From a virus (lineage: Duplodnaviria; Caudoviricetes), in the IMG/VR virus record IMGVR_UViG_3300044983_000068, positions 1-41,652 of that record: DNA of 41,652 nt; one strand, given 5' to 3'. A program made the position numbers and the translations under genes. The first letter of the stretch is position 1; each line of letters starts with the position of its first letter. The notes under the pieces are model-generated. The model saw nothing but the letters and a program-made list of their open reading frames with translations, was not told the origin of the DNA and ran no database searches. Shown piece by piece: positions 18,785 through 27,535 of the stretch.

Positions 18785-20460
18785 TCCTCTCGCCCATTCC
18801 AGTGATGAAGTTCTTCGACAACAACGGTCGCCCGTTGGTTGGAGGGCTGCTATTCACTTATGAGGCGGGTACTTCGACCAAGATCGCCACCTATACGGAT
18901 GACTCAGGCGGAAGTCTCAACACGAATCCAATCGTGCTCGACTTCAGAGGCGAGGCGAACCTCTGGATCGATCCACAGCTCACTTACAAGTTCGTTCTCT
19001 CTCCGGCCGGAGACACCGATCCTCCGACGAGACCCATTTGGAGCGTCGACAACCTGTCCGCGCTTGGAGGTACGCAGTCTGTCGGTCAGGTGCTGTACCC
19101 GAGAACAGATGAAGAAGTAGCCGCGGGCATCACCCCGGTCCAGTACCAGTGGCCACCGAGATACGGCCTGCGCTACTCGGGGATCCTCGCCGATGGATCT
19201 ACGGATTGCACCACTGCTATTGCTACCGTTGCGAACGCGCTCGCGGGGGTCGTCACCAATGGGCAGTGTCAGATCACGCTGCCGTTCAACGTGCTCTATG
19301 ACCGCACAACCATCATGGGGCTCCTTGATCAGAGTGTGGTGCTGTTTGATCTGACGCAGATCAATGATCTGAACGGCGCGGGAGAGACTGCGAAGCGTAT
19401 CGGGATGCTGGCGGCGGATGTGGCTGTGTCTGACTCCCAGTGGAGCATCGATAGCGGTCATCACTGCGTGATGTCCACGAACAATCACGGTACCTCTGGA
19501 TCGCTCTCGGCAAGTAAGCGATTAGCCACGTGGCTGTGGGCCGCGGGCGTGTTCACGCTCGGCACTCTCGCGAAAAGAGGCGACCGAGGCGCTGCACAGG
19601 CCCAGTGGGGCAAGGACACCGGGGACTACTACTCGTGGAAGCTCTCATCTTTTGCGCCGTGGCTTGCCATTGCGGCGGATTACGAGCGCTGGGCGACAGG
19701 GCAGTCTGCGACGAGCGGCGTCTCCTACACTTTGGCGAGTGGTCGCATTTACGTTGCCGCAAGCACTGGAACCACGGGCAGCACGGAACCGAATTGGTCA
19801 AGCGGTACATCCTCAGACGGTGGAGTCAACTGGACCTACGTCGATGACTCCGATCGCACCATCTACACGATTGACCAGTACGGTCGGACACTGATCGGCA
19901 ACGGTGCGGCTGGGCGCACCTTCTACATCAAGGTCACGCCTACCGATCCAGGCGGTGGTAGCTGCTCGATTGAGTATGAGGCGACGGGCGTCAGCAAAGT
20001 GACGGACCTGCGTCTGACTGCAACCACCTCGGGCTCCGCTAGTTCTCCGCAGCCGTTCTTCCGTGCCCAGGATGCAGTGGGCGTGCGCGTCTTCGATAGC
20101 GCAGCTTCCGACGAGCTCGCGCGATTCTCCGATACGCTGGGACTATGGACCGGCATGGGCTCGGAGCGCTGGAGTCAGGCCGTTGACGGAGATACGACGC
20201 CCACGGTCCTCAATCAGCGCGTGCTCTACACCAACAATACCGGTGCCACGAGCATCACGTTCTTCGATGACGGCGTGGATGGGCAGGAGATCAAGATTGT
20301 AGCCACGGACGCCAATACAACGCTGGTTAACTCCACGAATTTACTTTTGACCGGCGCTGCAAACCAACTGCTCACGCAGTTTTCAAGCGTGACGTTCTCA
20401 AAGGTGCCGGCGGCAATCGCATCGAACCGCTGGATCGAGACTGCAAGATCCATCAAATGA
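18781..20460 (+). CDS. Tail fibre/tailspike 2
   Basis: Same N-terminal domain, ADGSTDCTTAI spike-neck motif, and a CBM-like WATGQS...GRIYVAASTGTTGSTEPNW...DGGVNWTY module. Confidence 0.8.
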   Translation: MILSPIPVMKFFDNNGRPLVGGLLFTYEAGTSTKIATYTDDSGGSLNTNPIVLDFRGEANLWIDPQLTYKFVLSPAGDTDPPTRPIWSVDNLSALGGTQSVGQVLYPRTDEEVAAGITPVQYQWPPRYGLRYSGILADGSTDCTTAIATVANALAGVVTNGQCQITLPFNVLYDRTTIMGLLDQSVVLFDLTQINDLNGAGETAKRIGMLAADVAVSDSQWSIDSGHHCVMSTNNHGTSGSLSASKRLATWLWAAGVFTLGTLAKRGDRGAAQAQWGKDTGDYYSWKLSSFAPWLAIAADYERWATGQSATSGVSYTLASGRIYVAASTGTTGSTEPNWSSGTSSDGGVNWTYVDDSDRTIYTIDQYGRTLIGNGAAGRTFYIKVTPTDPGGGSCSIEYEATGVSKVTDLRLTATTSGSASSPQPFFRAQDAVGVRVFDSAASDELARFSDTLGLWTGMGSERWSQAVDGDTTPTVLNQRVLYTNNTGATSITFFDDGVDGQEIKIVATDANTTLVNSTNLLLTGAANQLLTQFSSVTFSKVPAAIASNRWIETARSIK

Positions 20461-20465
20461 ACAAG

Positions 20466-21095
20466 CTACTGGATAGCGTTATTCGACTGGAGCACGGGCT
20501 TCAGCGCGTTCCACATTACCTCATACCCCTTGGCGTTTGGATGAACTCCGTCCGAGTTGAACAGCGCCGGGTTGTAGGCATAGTCGGGTTGCACGCTCAT
20601 CGGATAGAAAAGGTCAACGTAGTTGTATCCGAATGCATTCGTGACACGCTGGATGTCGCTGTTGAATCTCCAGATTGCATAGGGGATATCTGCCGGCATC
20701 ACAGAAAGGATCACGACGCGAGCGCCAGAGGCGGACGCCATTTCGGCCATGCGCGCGATGTTGTCGGCGTTCGGGTTCTCCATGCTGACAAGGTCGTTCA
20801 CGCCACCCTCGATCACGACGACGGTAGGGTGATGCGCAAGTACGTCAGTGTCGAAGCGCGCAAGCATTTGCGCGGTGGTTTCTCCGCCGACTCCTGCGTT
20901 GACCGAATCCGGAACGAGCGTCGACAGTTCCTGCCAGTGGGCAATGATGCTATCACCAACAAAAACAACCTTGGGGGATATGGTCGGGGCTTGGGCTACT
21001 GGTGGAGTAGGACTTGTCTGGAGAGGAGCTTCAGCAGAACCCCCACCGCAGCCCGAAATAATAAGAAGGACTGCGAAGATACTTATTCTTTTCAT
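20466..21095 (-). CDS. SGNH/GDSL esterase lipoprotein (moron)
   Basis: Lipobox LIISG-C and SGNH blocks GDS, GVGGETT, GGVND, DGVHPN. Confidence 0.88.
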   Translation of the reverse strand: MKRISIFAVLLIISGCGGGSAEAPLQTSPTPPVAQAPTISPKVVFVGDSIIAHWQELSTLVPDSVNAGVGGETTAQMLARFDTDVLAHHPTVVVIEGGVNDLVSMENPNADNIARMAEMASASGARVVILSVMPADIPYAIWRFNSDIQRVTNAFGYNYVDLFYPMSVQPDYAYNPALFNSDGVHPNAKGYEVMWNALKPVLQSNNAIQ

Positions 21096-21206
21096 TCCAC
21101 CTCCCTGTATGAGCCGCGAACATTACGCGAATGCGGATTACCCGGCAAATTTTGGGGACATAAAGCGTGATGTGATGAGCAGAAGAATTAGACGGAAGGG
21201 TGAGAT

Positions 21207-21434
21207 GTGACGGATCAATTCCGGATCATCGGCCAGCTCGAAGCGCAGATGGACTCGCACCAGGAGCGGCTCGACCGTATCGAATCGAAGCTCGATGCGC
21301 TCACGGAGTACATCCAGCAGCAAAAGGGCGGGGCGCGCCTGATCTGGGCCATTGCCACAGCGGGCGGCGTCGTCGGCGTGAGCGCCGTGAAGCTCGGTAC
21401 GATGCTCGTTACTGCGATACGAGGCACGCCGTGA
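21207..21434 (+). CDS. Coiled-coil plus single-TM lysis-associated protein (holin-like)
   Basis: RLDRIESKLDAL followed by a hydrophobic segment. Precedes the endolysin. Confidence 0.55.
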   Translation: MTDQFRIIGQLEAQMDSHQERLDRIESKLDALTEYIQQQKGGARLIWAIATAGGVVGVSAVKLGTMLVTAIRGTP

Positions 21435-21901
21435 GCCTGCTCTCGGACCTGCAGCGCGATGAAGGCTATCGAGCCAGTCCCTATCTCGACACTGCGGTTC
21501 CACCGAAATGGACGATGGGCCACGGCCGCAACCTCGAAGCAAGCCCACTTACCGGCGCGGAATGGAAGGCGATGCTCGATGCGAAGGAAATCGCAGTCAA
21601 CATCTCGCCGAACGGTGCCGCGCGCCTGCTTGAGAACGGCATAGCCCAGGCGCGCACGCAATGCGGTCAAGCCTTCGGGTGGTGGCCGCAACTCGATGAG
21701 GTGCGCCGTGAGGTGATCGTGAACCTCACGTTCAACATGGGCATGCAGCGCCTCGTTGGGTTCAAGAACATGTTGGCCGCCATCAAGGCGGGAGACTTCG
21801 ACACGGCGGCGGCGGAACTGCTGGATTCGGCTTACGCAAAGCAGGTAGGCGGCCGGGCAGTTCGCTTGGCGAATCAGCTTCGCACTGGAGTACGCGTATG
21901 A
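21431..21901 (+). CDS. Endolysin, T4-lysozyme-like (GH24)
   Basis: GTG start. DEGYRASPYLDT...WTMGHGRNL...NLTFNMG...FKNML...AAAELLDS.YAKQVGGRA. Confidence 0.9.
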   Translation: MSLLSDLQRDEGYRASPYLDTAVPPKWTMGHGRNLEASPLTGAEWKAMLDAKEIAVNISPNGAARLLENGIAQARTQCGQAFGWWPQLDEVRREVIVNLTFNMGMQRLVGFKNMLAAIKAGDFDTAAAELLDSAYAKQVGGRAVRLANQLRTGVRV

Positions 21902-22143
21902 GCATTCGAGCCTTCCATATGGCCCTTGCGCAGATCCTGATATTCGCCATCGCGCTAGGCGGCTTCATCGGCCTGATGTACGTGATCGTCATCGGCCAGT
22001 CGCACCTCGACGCCACCACCGAAAAGCTGATCTACACGATGCTGGGCGTCTTCGGGACGATCGTCACGCAGATGGCCGGCTACTTCTACTCGCGCCAGAG
22101 GCCTGACGCGCCTGCCACTCAACCGGAGCCAAAGACCCCATGA
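21898..22143 (+). CDS. Two-TM holin-like protein
   Basis: Two hydrophobic helices and a GYFY tail, coupled to the endolysin. Confidence 0.55.
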   Translation: MSIRAFHMALAQILIFAIALGGFIGLMYVIVIGQSHLDATTEKLIYTMLGVFGTIVTQMAGYFYSRQRPDAPATQPEPKTP

Positions 22144-22481
22144 AAGTTCGCTACGCGCCGTTCTGCGGCCTTCTGCTCGTCCTGCTCAGCGCCTGCGCCA
22201 CCTTCGGATATGAGCAGCCTAGGAGCCTCCCCGATCGCATCGCCTATGTGACGAGCGGCGCCGATGCCGTGGTGGTGTCGACGACCAATGCGCTCAACGC
22301 CCATGTCATCTCAAGCACCGATGCGCAGTTCGTCAGCACAACCGGCAAACAGCTTTCGCTGCTCGTGCAGGCCGCATCGACGGACCCTGACCCGAAGTCC
22401 GCAGAGGGTCGCCTTGCGCTTGCAGAAAGCGTCCTGCGCCAGCTCCAGTCCTATCTCGCCAGCAAGCAGGTGAAGTCATGA
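22140..22481 (+). CDS. Lipoprotein in lysis cassette (spanin-like)
   Basis: Lipobox LLSA-C. Confidence 0.55.
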   Translation: MKVRYAPFCGLLLVLLSACATFGYEQPRSLPDRIAYVTSGADAVVVSTTNALNAHVISSTDAQFVSTTGKQLSLLVQAASTDPDPKSAEGRLALAESVLRQLQSYLASKQVKS

Positions 22482-22684
22482 GTGCCGCCATCGCCGTTAC
22501 CGCCATCGATCTGCTGCTGCAGTTCATCGATCGAACAAGCGCCGCTGCGGCGGTCGTCAAGAAGGCGCACGAGGAAGGACGGCAGCCCACGGGCGCAGAG
22601 CTCGCGGAGCTTCGAGGTAGCCTCGATGCTCACCTGTCGGATCTGGACGCGGCGATCGCGCAGGCGAAGGCCGAGGGGCGCTGA
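22478..22684 (+). CDS. Small helical protein ending the lysis cassette
   Basis: Coupled ATGA start. Amphipathic N-terminus. Confidence 0.55.
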   Translation: MSAAIAVTAIDLLLQFIDRTSAAAAVVKKAHEEGRQPTGAELAELRGSLDAHLSDLDAAIAQAKAEGR

Positions 22685-22765
22685 CCTCACCGCCTGCCGG
22701 TTTACGAATCCCTGATCAAGACGGCGTCAGGGACTCGCAAGCATGCTCCCCGGCAGGCGGGGAGG
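22685..22765. other. Nested inverted-repeat structure at the convergence of late and leftward transcription
   Basis: cctcaccgcctgccgg (22685-22700) pairs with ccggcaggcggggagg (22750-22765, 15/16) and encloses the tccctga/tcaggga hairpin. Confidence 0.6.
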
Positions 22766-22913
22766 CCGGCGGCATTATTCGGCGAACTCGATCATGTCAT
22801 CAAACTCCTGGTCTTCGTCCATCGGTGTCGACATCGACCAGACGGTTGGGTTGCGGCCCTTGCAGCCACGACACGTGAACCGCTCCTTCACCGTGTCGAG
22901 ATCAGCGGGGGAA

Positions 22914-23123
22914 CTACTGGATATCGCGCAGCGCATGCTCGAGCACGTCGATTCGTTCCTGCGCCTCATCGGCCAGGGCGAGTTCGGCGGCCGCCTCGTC
23001 GACCACACCCGCCGCCAGAAGCTGGTGTCCTGCCGCTATGTGCTCGCGCCGCTCTGCAAGGGCTTCAGCGACGGCGAAGAAATCACGCTGCCACTGGGCA
23101 TCGAATTGGAAGCGGCGGGGCAT
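22914..23123 (-). CDS. Small helical hypothetical protein
   Basis: MPRRFQFDAQWQRDFFAVAEALAERREH..., overlapping the 3' end of the recombinase. Confidence 0.5.
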   Translation of the reverse strand: MPRRFQFDAQWQRDFFAVAEALAERREHIAAGHQLLAAGVVDEAAAELALADEAQERIDVLEHALRDIQ

Positions 23124-23953
23124 CGTGTGACTGACAGAGCTTTCACCCGTTCGACGCCTCGACGATACACCTTCAGCGTCATGCTGATGTTCGTATGACC
23201 GAGTAGTTTCATCGCTTCCTCTGGCGATGAACATCTCGTTGCACAAAGCGCACGAATATCGTGAAAAGTAAAGCGCGTTCCGCCCCTTCTGCAGTACGCA
23301 TTAATCGTTCGCTGCCAGCACGCGCGGAAGCCTTCGCTTGTGTAGCAGGTCCCCGTCTTGTTCGTGACCACGTACTCGCTTCGCTTTGGCAGTAACCAGC
23401 ACTTCCCGAATACGCGCTTCAGATCCGGCGTGATCTCGATCGCCAGACGCTTCCCGGTCTTCCCCTGCTGGAAGTGTACGTAGCCTTCCCTGATATCCGA
23501 CCATTTCAGATTGAGCAAGTCACTTTGCCGCTGACCCAGTCGCAGCGCCAGATCCATCATCAGCTGTACGCGCGTAGGCGCACTCGAGCGCACCGCCTCG
23601 AACTCGTGATCTTCGATGAGCCGGTCGCGCGGTGGGCGCTTCGGGCGTTTTACGTCCCTCAACACATTTGACGGAATGACGTACCAGAAGCTGACCGCCT
23701 GAGTGAAGGCAGCCGAGAGCACGCCGAGCTGGCGGATGCGCTGAACGATTCCCTTTTTCCCGATCGGGATAGAGAGGAACGGCGCGAAGTCCTTCGGCTT
23801 GAGCTCGCAGGCGACACGGTCGCCGTACCAGCGCTTCAGGTCCCGAAGGTGCCGGACGTAGTCCCGGGCAGTGCGCGGTGCAAGGAGGGGCAGGCATTCA
23901 GCCTGGTATCGGTCGAGAATTTCCGCGACCGTCGGTGTCGTGTTGTCATGCAC
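23036..23953 (-). CDS. Second tyrosine recombinase (no obvious arm-binding domain)
   Basis: Catalytic residues are intact: LGQR, GKTG, FHDIRA, LLGH, VY. Confidence 0.88.
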   Translation of the reverse strand: MHDNTTPTVAEILDRYQAECLPLLAPRTARDYVRHLRDLKRWYGDRVACELKPKDFAPFLSIPIGKKGIVQRIRQLGVLSAAFTQAVSFWYVIPSNVLRDVKRPKRPPRDRLIEDHEFEAVRSSAPTRVQLMMDLALRLGQRQSDLLNLKWSDIREGYVHFQQGKTGKRLAIEITPDLKRVFGKCWLLPKRSEYVVTNKTGTCYTSEGFRACWQRTINAYCRRGGTRFTFHDIRALCATRCSSPEEAMKLLGHTNISMTLKVYRRGVERVKALSVTRCPAASNSMPSGSVISSPSLKPLQSGAST

Positions 23954-24086
23954 GACACGCGATTATTCACATGGAATTCGCCGAGTAAAAACAGTGCTGG
24001 CAACCTCGAACAGCTGTGTGCCGGTGTGCGACAACTGTGCTCCGGATACCCCCGAAATGGCCCGATTCCGTCCGGTTTCAGGGGCC

Positions 24087-24099
24087 TAAGTCATTGATT
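24087..24099 (-). promoter_or_regulatory. IHF binding site in attP
   Basis: The reverse complement AATCAATGACTTA matches WATCAANNNNTTR and lies next to the att core. Confidence 0.65.
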
Positions 24100-24113
24100 G
24101 ACATAAGATGGGC

Positions 24114-24162
24114 CGCCCTTACAAGGCGAATGTCGGGGGTTCGATCCCCTCAGCACCCACCA
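24114..24162 (+). mobile_element. attP: attP core: 3' half of tRNA-Val(TAC)
   Basis: cgcc-cttacaa-ggcg anticodon arm, ggttcgatccc T-arm, acceptor strand ending cacccacca. The 5' half and D-arm are absent. Adjacent to the 3' end of int, with repeated TGTGC arm-like motifs on both sides. Confidence 0.88.
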
Positions 24163-24178
24163 TCCACAACGCTGTAAT

Positions 24179-25216
24179 TCAAGCCCTTTTCGCACGTTTG
24201 CGGTGTGCGCCGCGTTTCCCAGTGTGCTCCCGCTGTGCCACGCGCTCAGCCGCTCCGACGGCGTGTGACGGGGCAAAGTGCGCGTATCGAAGGACCGAGC
24301 GATAGCTTTTCCAGTCGCCCAGCGCCATCAATTCAGGCAGCGTCACGCCGTTCTGCACGGCCCAGGAAGCGCCCGTATGCCGAAGGTCATGCCAACGTAG
24401 CGGCATGAGCCCGGCCCGCGCTGCAGCCTTCCTGAAGGCCTCCGTGTTGAAGTTGTCGATGGGCCGGCCCTCGTACTGGAAGACTCGATCGCCGCGAGGG
24501 GAGAGCTTTCGGACCTCGCGCAGGATCTTCACCGCGCGCGATGAGAGGGGTACCCCAAACGTCTTGCCGGCCTTCATCTGCCCACGCGGTATCCAGGCGC
24601 GCTGGCCGATCAGGTCGATGCGACTCCAGGTCAGATAGCTTTGCGAGCGCATGCGCAGGAGCGTCAGAACCGCGAACTCCGCGGCGAGCTTCAGGTGGGT
24701 GGGTAGTTCGGCTAGGAGCCGGTCAACTTCTTCGCGGGTGAGCCAGTGCGGCTCCTCCCCGTCATCGTCCTTGCTGTACATGGGCACCTGGGGCGGTGCC
24801 TCCAGATAGCGCCAAGCCTTCCAGCATTTGCGCAGGACCGCCCGCACCGTGCGCATCATCCGATCAACCGTGGTGTGCGACCAACCATCGGCTAGGCCGT
24901 CCTTGCGCAGCTCCTCGAGCGCATCAGGATCCGCGACGGCGGAGACGGGGTGGATGCCGATCCGGGGTTCGAGCCACGCGATGATCTCCCGGTCCCGTTT
25001 GCGAGCTCGGGTGGAATCGTTCAGGTAGCGTTCGGTGGCCTCGTTCCACGAAACGGAAGAACGGTCCCCGAGCTTCTCGCGTCGCCAGAGGCGCTTCTGG
25101 AGGACATCCTCGAACTCTTTGGCGTCTCGCTTGTCCGTTGTGCCCGTTGACTTGCGAGTCTTGCGGCCAATGCGGACCCACCAGAAGGGGCTCCCGGGGC
25201 GTCTATAGAGCGGCAT
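24179..25216 (-). CDS. int: Integrase (P22-like tyrosine recombinase)
   Basis: N-terminal LYRRPGSPFWW...RKSTGT arm domain, then R, MKAG, WHDLRHT, LGDW, RYAH. Confidence 0.95.
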   Translation of the reverse strand: MPLYRRPGSPFWWVRIGRKTRKSTGTTDKRDAKEFEDVLQKRLWRREKLGDRSSVSWNEATERYLNDSTRARKRDREIIAWLEPRIGIHPVSAVADPDALEELRKDGLADGWSHTTVDRMMRTVRAVLRKCWKAWRYLEAPPQVPMYSKDDDGEEPHWLTREEVDRLLAELPTHLKLAAEFAVLTLLRMRSQSYLTWSRIDLIGQRAWIPRGQMKAGKTFGVPLSSRAVKILREVRKLSPRGDRVFQYEGRPIDNFNTEAFRKAAARAGLMPLRWHDLRHTGASWAVQNGVTLPELMALGDWKSYRSVLRYAHFAPSHAVGAAERVAQREHTGKRGAHRKRAKRA

Positions 25217-25371
25217 CTGGAGTCAATCCATTCTTGGAGTAGTTCGGCGGAGAAGCACCAGGCCCGACCAATCTTAGTCGCGGGGACCTCGCGCGCGCGA
25301 GCCATCTTGCGAAGCGTGTCGGGATGACACTTTGTCAGGCGGGCGGCTTCTTCCAGGTCCATGGTGCTCAT
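25021..25371 (-). CDS. xis: Excisionase (HTH_17-like)
   Basis: MDLEEAARLTKCHPDTLRKMARAREVPATKIGRAWCF, immediately upstream of and overlapping int. Confidence 0.8.
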   Translation of the reverse strand: MSTMDLEEAARLTKCHPDTLRKMARAREVPATKIGRAWCFSAELLQEWIDSRCRSIDAPGAPSGGSALAARLASQRAQRTSETPKSSRMSSRSASGDARSSGTVLPFRGTRPPNAT

Positions 25372-25385
25372 GAGGTTATCGTCCG

Positions 25386-25583
25386 CTAGGATGTTGCGGC
25401 CGGTGTGTGCTGAGGGCAGAGCGTTCTGTATTCCTCGATCAGCCAGCCGGCATCCCGCGCCGTCTGAGAACTCTCAGTCACCACCGCAGGGTCCCAGCGC
25501 ACCGACTGCGGCACATACCACTGCGCCAGGCAGGCATCGCACCTGAAACTGGGATCTCGCGGGCCACCGTAGTGAATCTTCAT
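25386..25583 (-). CDS. Small Zn-binding hypothetical protein
   Basis: CDAC...GW...CPQH. Confidence 0.55.
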   Translation of the reverse strand: MKIHYGGPRDPSFRCDACLAQWYVPQSVRWDPAVVTESSQTARDAGWLIEEYRTLCPQHTPAATS

Positions 25584-25858
25584 TCGTGACTCGAAGGTCG
25601 ACGCTGAGAGAGTCGCAATGGCCCCGGTCGCACGAAGGTATAGCGACGTATCAAGTTGAACTCATCCTCTCCCACCTTGGCCCATCCAGATTCTGGAGGC
25701 TTGATGCATCGAACGTGCATGCAGTTATCGCCCGCATCGATTCTGAGCACCTCGTGCTCGTCAGTACCGTCGCGCGTGACGATATCGCCAACGAGGAATG
25801 CCATCGGCAGTTCGGGTGCAAGCCAGACCGTTTCGTCCTTGGGGATGAACTCATCCAT
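25580..25858 (-). CDS. Hypothetical protein (SH3/KOW-like)
   Basis: MDEFIPK...FLVGDIVT..., with overlapping start and stop. Confidence 0.55.
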   Translation of the reverse strand: MDEFIPKDETVWLAPELPMAFLVGDIVTRDGTDEHEVLRIDAGDNCMHVRCIKPPESGWAKVGEDEFNLIRRYTFVRPGPLRLSQRRPSSHE

Positions 25859-26195
25859 GCTCCGCTCCGGTTCTCCCTGCGAGTAACGCTTCCAGCTCCA
25901 TGATCTTCTGCGCTGGCGTCTTCCCGCCGGCCTTCTGCATCGTGAGCTGATAGTGATCGCCACTTTTCGGATCGCTCATATCGAGCGTCACGAAGTTCTC
26001 ACCGCCAGTCTCCTTGAACCAATGAGCCGCAGCAGCGGCAAAGAGCTTGACGGCCGCGCCATCGAATGCCGCGTCAATAATCATCTGCTCGTCCTCGCCT
26101 TCTGGCGTGCGAAAATTCATGCTCTTGAGTCTCGCGAGACCCTGCTCGTAGCGCTTGCATTGAGCGCATTCGCGTTGCCAGAACTTCCAGTTCAC
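25851..26195 (-). CDS. Hypothetical protein
   Basis: Coupled ORF in the leftward early operon, ...LTMQKAGGKTPAQ... Confidence 0.6.
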   Translation of the reverse strand: MNWKFWQRECAQCKRYEQGLARLKSMNFRTPEGEDEQMIIDAAFDGAAVKLFAAAAAHWFKETGGENFVTLDMSDPKSGDHYQLTMQKAGGKTPAQKIMELEALLAGRTGAEHG

Positions 26196-26611
26196 TTGCC
26201 GTCTCCGCTACAAGGCCGGTTCGCTTGAGGTCCTGCGTCCAGCGTAAACTCAGTGACCTTGTAATCATCCCCGCCAAAGCGCATGTGATCCGCTTTGTCT
26301 GACTCGGCCTTCTCGCGTCCGCGATAGACCCCGACCGTTTCGCATCCCCCTTCAAAGTTGAAACAGACTTCCGCCACGTAGACCTTTTCCAGATCCAGAG
26401 GTGCAGGCGGTTCGTCAGGTAGCGCTGACTCGATTGTGTCGCGCGCCTCAGCGATCAGAGAGAACACCGGCTCGCTCGGGCCGTGATTCATGGCATCGCC
26501 CAGGAGGCCGAGCGCCACACGTAGACTCTGCTGGTTTGTCACGACGACCTCACGCAGATCGCTGCTGCTTGTGTATTCCCGAGGCGGACGGCCGGAAGCG
26601 TCTCTTTCCAC
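26192..26611 (-). CDS. Hypothetical protein (start probably near 26542)
   Basis: Coupled ORF in the operon. Confidence 0.5.
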   Translation of the reverse strand: MERDASGRPPREYTSSSDLREVVVTNQQSLRVALGLLGDAMNHGPSEPVFSLIAEARDTIESALPDEPPAPLDLEKVYVAEVCFNFEGGCETVGVYRGREKAESDKADHMRFGGDDYKVTEFTLDAGPQANRPCSGDGK

Positions 26612-26724
26612 CGTTTCGCAGCCTCATTGCAGGCTGCTTCGGTCTTGAATGCCGGCACTGAATGCATCGCGAAGTTGCCATGAAAGCCGCCGCTTAGCGT
26701 CAGGATCAGTATCCATTCAGCCAT
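26539..26724 (-). CDS. Small hypothetical protein
   Basis: AGGAGG SD. MAEWILILTL...FKTEAACNEAA...AICV. Confidence 0.6.
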   Translation of the reverse strand: MAEWILILTLSGGFHGNFAMHSVPAFKTEAACNEAAKRWKETLPAVRLGNTQAAAICVRSS

Positions 26725-26741
26725 CTGTATTACCTCCTGAG

Positions 26742-26954
26742 TTACCTACAGCTCACGCGGCTGTCTTTGTAGAACTGCGTCTCTTCGTTCACCCAAGGCG
26801 TGTTGTCGTCGATGGCCTTGACGTTGTGCGGCTGGCTCGTCCGCCACTCGTCGATATGCTCATCGCAGAGGCAATGCGGGTTCGGCTCACCATACAGCGG
26901 GACCTTCCACTTCGGCTCGCGGTCGCAGGGGCCGCCGAGATACTGACACTTCAT
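26742..26954 (-). CDS. Small Cys-rich hypothetical protein
   Basis: AGGAG SD. CQY...C...CLCDEH. Confidence 0.55.
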   Translation of the reverse strand: MKCQYLGGPCDREPKWKVPLYGEPNPHCLCDEHIDEWRTSQPHNVKAIDDNTPWVNEETQFYKDSRVSCR

Positions 26955-26972
26955 TGCTTTTCTCCTGGTTGA

Positions 26973-27284
26973 TCAGCGCTTCGCCTTGTGAATCTTCACC
27001 CGCTTCTCTTTGCGCGGCAACGCGTCCGATTGCTCCAGGCGCCAGCCCTTGTACATCCAGACGCCCTCAGCGGTTTTGGTGGCGAATCGGTCCAGCTCTA
27101 TGGCCGTCATCGCGACTCCGCCGGGCATCACGTGGGGCATGTCTGGCTTGTTCCGCTCGTACCAGTCAATCAGGCGGTCGATCTCGCCGCGAGGGTTGAG
27201 GCGCGGTAGCTTCTTCTTTTTCCCGGCGGCAATCTCGACCCACTGAGTCTGCGCGCTGTTCGGGATGGCCTTGCCGGTGCTCAT
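26973..27284 (-). CDS. Hypothetical protein
   Basis: Coupled ORF in the operon. Confidence 0.55.
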   Translation of the reverse strand: MSTGKAIPNSAQTQWVEIAAGKKKKLPRLNPRGEIDRLIDWYERNKPDMPHVMPGGVAMTAIELDRFATKTAEGVWMYKGWRLEQSDALPRKEKRVKIHKAKR

Positions 27285-27535
27285 GGTTCTTTACCTGCTG
27301 GCTGTGGTTGAGCGAGTCGAATCCACGGAAATGGCCACGCGCGGCCGTCCGAGAACCATCGCCCATCGCTCTGTTTGTACTGGCGACCGTCTTCGACCGT
27401 TACGATGCGCTTGCCGGCGCGTTTGATTTTCAGCGGTCCGCAGTCGAACCCCTGGCTATCGATCAGATGCACGATGTCGCCTTTCACGAACGCGCGTGGT
27501 GGCGGCTCGTGCGGCTTGTAGATGAAGTCAGCCAC
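27281..27535 (-). CDS. Hypothetical protein (SH3-like)
   Basis: FVKGDIVHL...IKRAGKRIVTV. Confidence 0.55.
   Translation of the reverse strand: MADFIYKPHEPPPRAFVKGDIVHLIDSQGFDCGPLKIKRAGKRIVTVEDGRQYKQSDGRWFSDGRAWPFPWIRLAQPQPAGKEP

Noticed and set aside
17831-19050. Diversity-generating retroelement TR/VR pair
   Set aside because: There is no reverse transcriptase, the repeats are at gene 5' ends, and the differences are not adenine-specific.
20457-21170. 237-aa + strand ORF, and many other long antisense or alternative-frame ORFs (for example 6600-7532, 11488-12435)
   Set aside because: These are shadows of real genes in GC-rich DNA and carry no recognisable motifs.
22705-22745. Hammerhead ribozyme
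   Set aside because: CTGATCA does not fit the CUGANGA core and there is no properly placed GAAA.
24080-24162. Complete tRNA-Val gene
   Set aside because: The 5' acceptor strand and D-arm are missing. Only the 3' half is present, as expected for an attP core.
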